From NCBI GenBank assembly GCA_010093995.1, contig ML992506.1, positions 1,505,508 to 1,569,507 of the forward strand: 64,000 bases of DNA, read 5' to 3'. A model generated the notes under the pieces. It was not told the origin of the DNA. It worked only from the letters and a program-made list of their open reading frames with translations, and did no database searches. The translations under genes and the position numbers were made by a program. Positions 57,721-64,000 of the stretch are shown piece by piece (position 1 is the first letter of the stretch; the number at the start of each line of letters is the position of its first letter). Source of the stretch: Elsinoe ampelina (lineage: Eukaryota).

Positions 57721-59724
57721 ATGAGACTGCAGATATCTGCACGACCACTTTTCACATGTCCGGCTTCGACGACACAGCTCTGTAGCAGCTGGAGATCGGT
57801 CTCGAGATTGCACTACCAGCAAAAGCATGTGAGATTGCGTGCAGCCACTCATGTTCGACGGTCCATTTATTCGAGCCACCGCATCAGAACCACCAAGCTA
57901 GTTACTGCCAGACCATATTCGACTGCCCAAGAGCAACCATGGACGAAAGCGTATGTTGCGCTGGGCTCGAATCAAGGAGAACGTCTGGCGCTTATAGAAG
58001 CGGCATGCTGGACTCTGTTCAACCATGAGTCGATCAAATTACTTCGTACAAGTCTGCTCTACGAGACTGCACCAATGTACGTGGCTGACCAGGATCCATT
58101 CTTGAACGCAGCTTGCGAAGTAAGGCCCGAGTAAGGTCAGTCTGTCGAGCTCTCAGGCTGACTGTGACGATGTGCAGATCGAGACATGTCTCCCACCGAT
58201 GCAACTTCTTGATGAACTACAAGCAATCGAGCAGGCAATGGGTCGTGTAAAGACTATCGATAAGGGTCCAAGAAATATCGACCTCGATATCCTACTGTAT
58301 GGAGATGAAAAGGTGGCCACAGAGCGGCTGATCGTGCCTCATAAGCTAATGCACGAGCGCGAATTTGTGCTGAGGCCATTGGCTGAGTACGCTCTTATTT
58401 GAAGACTTTCTATTTGGTCACTTACGACGTTTTCAGCTTAATTCCGGAGAAAGTGATCACTGCATTAGATGCATCGAGACCGATCAAAGATTACTTAGCA
58501 GATCTATCTCCGTCAGATCCTCCGCTGTCGCCTATAGTCCCGTTCGGTCCAGGACAATTTCTCCGACCTCTCGATAGATCGAGGAAGACCATACTCATGT
58601 CCATCTTGAACGTCACGCCAGACTCCTTCTCCGATGGCGGCAGGTTTGTCACCAGTCTCACCGAAAAGAATGAAGGCAAATTCTGTATGACCAAAAAGTC
58701 GACGAAGCATGAACTTTCGATCCCGAACAAAGGTGATATTGTCACCGCTCGGCAGATTGTACTACAGAACGATCAACATCGACGACTCTTTCGCGCACTC
58801 GCTACTGCTGTGGCAGATGGCGGCGACATCCTAGATATCGGCGGCCAGTCATCCCGACCTGGTGCGGCGTCCATCACAGCAGAGCAGGAGATCGATCGTA
58901 TACGGCCTGCTATGGCCATCCGAGCCATGTTCTTTCCATCCATACCCACCAGTGTCGACACATATCGCGCCCAAGTAGCCAAAGCCACGCCTGAACTAGG
59001 CTACCAGTTCCCGGTAACCACTGAGAACAAGCAACCACACATCGAACCAGGAGCGCACATCGTCAACGACATCAGTGCCGGTCTACTTGATGGAAACATG
59101 CTGTCCACCGTCGCCAAACAACGACAGACCATTGTCCTGATGCACATGCGCGGCACCCCAGAGACGATGAACAAGCTCACCGACTACCCAGAGGGCGTCG
59201 TGAAGGGCGTAGCTGAAGAGCTTAAACAGCGCGTCGCCGAAGCCGAAGCAGCAGGCATTCCGAGATGGCGAATCGTCCTCGACCCAGGGATTGGATTTGC
59301 GAAGACTGCTGAACAGAATTGGGAGCTGCTGAGAAGTCTGAATATCCTGCGCGAGTGGGATGGTCTGAGGGGCCTCCCGTGGCTGGTGGGGACGTCGAGG
59401 AAGAGGTTCATGGGCGATGCGCTCGCGAAGGATGATGAGGTTGTACTTGGCAGGGCGGAGCAGATGGGGAGTGAGTCGGGTCTGACGGGAGCGCTGGAGG
59501 CGGAGTGGGCTGGGGTCGCGAATGAGGCGCGGGAGAAGATTGGTGCTGGGGAGAGGGAAGGAATGCATGATCCGAAGATTAGGCGGGTAGATCTGAGGGA
59601 CATCGGGACTGCAGCGACGGTCGCGGCGGCGGTGCAGGGAGGTGCGGATGTGGTGAGGGTACATGAGACGAGGATAGCGAGGGATGTGATTGCTGTTGCG
59701 GATGCGATTTGGAGAAGACCATGA
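57721..59724 (+). CDS. FOL1: Folate synthesis enzyme HPPK-DHPS with a mitochondrial-type presequence; exons 57721-58119, 58178-58386, 58437-59724
   Basis: HPPK motifs: YVALGSN, GPRNIDLDIL, PHKLMHEREFVL. DHPS motifs: ILNVTPDSFSDGG, DIGGQSSRPG, NDIS, LMHMRG, DPGIGF, SRKRF, VRVHE. Confidence 0.92.
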
Positions 59725-59902
59725 GAAAAAGGGCCACACGTTCAACACGGGTACCGGACAGCTTCTAGGATAGATATCCAGCTTTATCGACTTTTTAGAT
59801 ATGTCAATCCTATACACGCACGATCCATCATTCTGTAGCCTCGCCATACATCACGCCAATTCCACGATCTCCCCATTAGGCTCAATCCTCACTTCTCACC
59901 AT

Positions 59903-61010
59903 CTACTGCCCCTTCTTCCCCTCCCTCTCCGCCTTCCTCAACGCCCTCTTCCTAATCGCCTCATGAAACCCCCTATTCTGACTCACCACCACCCCTCTCA
60001 TCGTCCCCACCTGCAACAAAAACCAATGCATGACCCCATGGCTCCAATAAGGCGTGCTGGTCGCATACACTCCCTGAGCACCGCCACTCCTCCCGATCTT
60101 GCCCAGCGCAGCCCTGACAAACTCCTTCGGCGACGGGATCGTCATGCTCGCGCGTCGAATCTTGGACATCGCGCCCGTGACGAGGTAGGATTGGACGATT
60201 TGCACCTTCACTCCCGAGGGCGCGAGTTCCGATGCCAGGGCAGAGGACCAGTGTTGCAGGAAAGCTTTGGAGCCCGAGTAGGTGGCGAGGAGAGGCGTGG
60301 GGAGGATCCCGCCGAAGGAGGCCATGGTGAGGATCAAACCGCGCTTGCGTTGAGCCATGCCTGGTGCGACGAGCTGGGTGACGCGGAGGGTGGCGAGGCA
60401 GTTGATTTTGATGATGGATTCGAGTTCGGGGACGGGGGTGAGGGTGAAAGGGACGGGGATGGAGTGGGACTGGCCTACGTTGTTGATGAGGATGGCGATG
60501 TCGAGGGGGGCGATGAGGGTGGAGAGGGATTGGTAGGTGGATTCGGAGGGGGAGGAGAAGTCGATGGGGAAGACTTTGGTTTGGATCGAGGGGTGTTTGG
60601 TGGTGATTTCTGTGGCGACGGAGGTGAGTTTGGATTCGGTTCGGGAGAGCAGGAGGATGTTGAAGCCTTTGGCGGCGAGCTGGAGGGCATATTCTTTGCC
60701 GATGCCTTCGGAAGCGCCGGTTACGATGGCCCAGGAGCCTTTGCGGCCATACTTGGAGAGCTGGGTGGGTGGTCAGTGTGGTGTAGTCACTTGGTTCGGT
60801 GACCATGGCACGGGTGTGGAGGAGTCTCGGGAGTGTCCTGAAATGATAAAGAGGAGGAGAACTTACGGATTGTCCAGGCAAGATGAACAGACTGGCCATC
60901 ATCCGCCAGAAGCTGGCAATTTTCAAGCTGACATATAGAACGCCAATGAAGGTGAACAGGAAGGTCAGCGGCTTGCTAATAGCATCCTCGACCTGATCTA
61001 TGGCAGCCAT
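59903..61010 (-). CDS. IFA38: Very-long-chain 3-ketoacyl-CoA reductase (SDR), one intron at ~60761-60866
   Basis: N-terminal [25 protein letters not shown] (YxxxK) and a C-terminal KKxx ER-retrieval signal (KKGQ). Confidence 0.9.
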
Positions 61011-61325
61011 TTCGACGAATTATATCAATTGATACTCGAGCACACGTGAGATGAGGTTGAAGCCGGGGTTTCCTGTTCCTGAATGATCGACGTGGTGGAT
61101 CAAGATTTTGATGTGATGATGTGCGGCTCACCTCGGCTCAGCAAAAACGAGGTCGAAGCTCTGGGGAAGCTTGGATGCAATTGTTGGTGACGGCGAGCTC
61201 GGTCTCACCACTTCTTTGCTTACATCTCTCGCCCTTCATTCTCTCTCAACTAACACGATCGCCCGTCCCTGCCGATCCCTAACCCTTCTTTCACTCCCCT
61301 CATTGCTCAAACAACGCAACTCACC

Positions 61326-61838
61326 ATGTCCGCCCTCCTCACCTCCTTCCTCCCACAAGTAGAAGGCCTCCTCCCCAAATGGATCTTCCTCGTACCCACC
61401 CCCAACCCCTCCCTCAATCTCCTCCCTCTAACCTCCCTACAGGTCGGCACCATCTCCCTCCTCAACTCCATCCAAGCCTACGCCTCCCTCTCCGCCACGC
61501 GCCGCGTCTACGCCGGCCCCGCCCCGCCCTCCTCCTCCTCGGTACCACCAAACACACTCAAAGACTCGGGCTCCCCCGTCACACCCCTTAGCGCGCGCAC
61601 CTTCGGGACGTGGACCTTCATCACTGGTATTGTGAGGATATACGCGGCGCACAGGCTGAACGAGCCGGCGTGGTTTGAGATTGCGGCGTGGACTTTTGCG
61701 GTGGCTTGGGGGCATTTTGTGAGTGAGTGGTTGGTGTTTAGGAGTGTGAGGTTGAATGCCGGGTCGGCGGGGCCGTTTGGGGTGGCGACGGGGAGTTTGG
61801 TGTGGATGTTTTTGCAGAGGGGGTTTTATTTGAAGTGA
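61326..61838 (+). CDS. ERG28: Erg28 ergosterol-biosynthesis scaffold protein; in-frame intron 61392-61442
   Basis: GLLPKW, NSIQAY, VTPLSARTFGTWT and HFVSEWLVF. Confidence 0.92.
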   Translation: MSALLTSFLPQVEGLLPKWIFLVPTPNPSLNLLPLTSLQVGTISLLNSIQAYASLSATRRVYAGPAPPSSSSVPPNTLKDSGSPVTPLSARTFGTWTFITGIVRIYAAHRLNEPAWFEIAAWTFAVAWGHFVSEWLVFRSVRLNAGSAGPFGVATGSLVWMFLQRGFYLK

Positions 61839-62045
61839 GGGCAGAGGGTGGGAAAGGGAATAAGGTGGGCTGGAGATTGGTTGATGAAAGAGGAGGAGGA
61901 CACAGTGACGAAACATGGATGTGTTGAGCATATGTGCGGGCGATTGATACCCTTTTCTGATTTCAGAGCCGGCGACTATGCAAGCGGCGCATATCTACAG
62001 TCAAGTACGCTTCTATATACACCTGATTTTAGAGCGATCCTGTCG

Positions 62046-63548
<1,503 letters not shown>

Positions 63549-64000
63549 TTATTCGGGCGGGAAAGAGAATTTTCGGTATGGCATGACGTCTCTTTGGTAA
63601 AGTCGGTTGTATTTTCAGCGACGACATGGACTGCCCCGCATCGTGACCAGCGGCACGGAACTCTTCACCCCTAGCCTTGTTCTAAGAAGCAACATCACCC
63701 CACGCTCGGAGGGACTCTTTGGGTTCCTGCGAGCTCCGACTGGCGGTGGTTTGGTTGCCGGAATCACTAATGCCATCCTTTCAGCTGGAGCTATGCTGGA
63801 GCTGTCTCGGAGCTCATCCAACCACTCCTGATGTACTGTATTGTGGCTGATTCAACCAGCGGTCGCAAAGACTTCGATTGTTGATCAACCCACAGATCAC
63901 CCGTTGAGGGAAAGAGATGGTTCCTCTCGCACACGGTCCATGGACTGATCAATTCTTCCGGGAGGCGACATGCACGACAAGACATGACATGCGCTTCTCC

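Overview
Eukaryotic DNA from a filamentous ascomycete fungus. Evidence: short GT-AG introns with CTRAC branch points, RIP-type mutation and Pezizomycotina-type proteins; a black-yeast/Eurotiomycete affinity is only an impression. Bases 1-1621 are the 5' end of a RIP-destroyed Ty1/copia LTR retrotransposon on the minus strand, with the LTR, PBS and gag relic still readable. The rest is gene-dense euchromatin with about 26 protein-coding genes: class II chitin synthase, Set3-like PHD/SET protein, Pho80/Pcl cyclin, LTA4H/Lap2, Faa acyl-CoA synthetase, Rkm5-like methyltransferase, BTB protein, Rtr1, phenol 2-monooxygenase, peroxisomal thiolase-like protein, Pma1, GH114, PAQR, M3 peptidase, nitronate monooxygenase, HPPK-DHPS, Ifa38, Erg28, Gal7 and several unknowns. 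The most notable observations are: (1) a 646-aa 'hypothetical' protein with Sororin hallmarks (KEN box, KTYGR Pds5-type motif, Sororin-like C-terminus) under tandem MCB boxes; (2) about ten ~1-kb units where the + strand switches sharply from C/A-rich to G/T-rich regardless of gene position; (3) a likely CUG-initiated 56-aa targeting extension on the M3 peptidase; (4) three PacC sites clustered in a long PMA1 intron; (5) a GH114 fused to a Q/P/Y-rich prion-like region with no signal peptide; and (6) a duplicated-domain unknown protein next to the dead retroelement. All calls come from reading the sequence by eye; no database searches were run.
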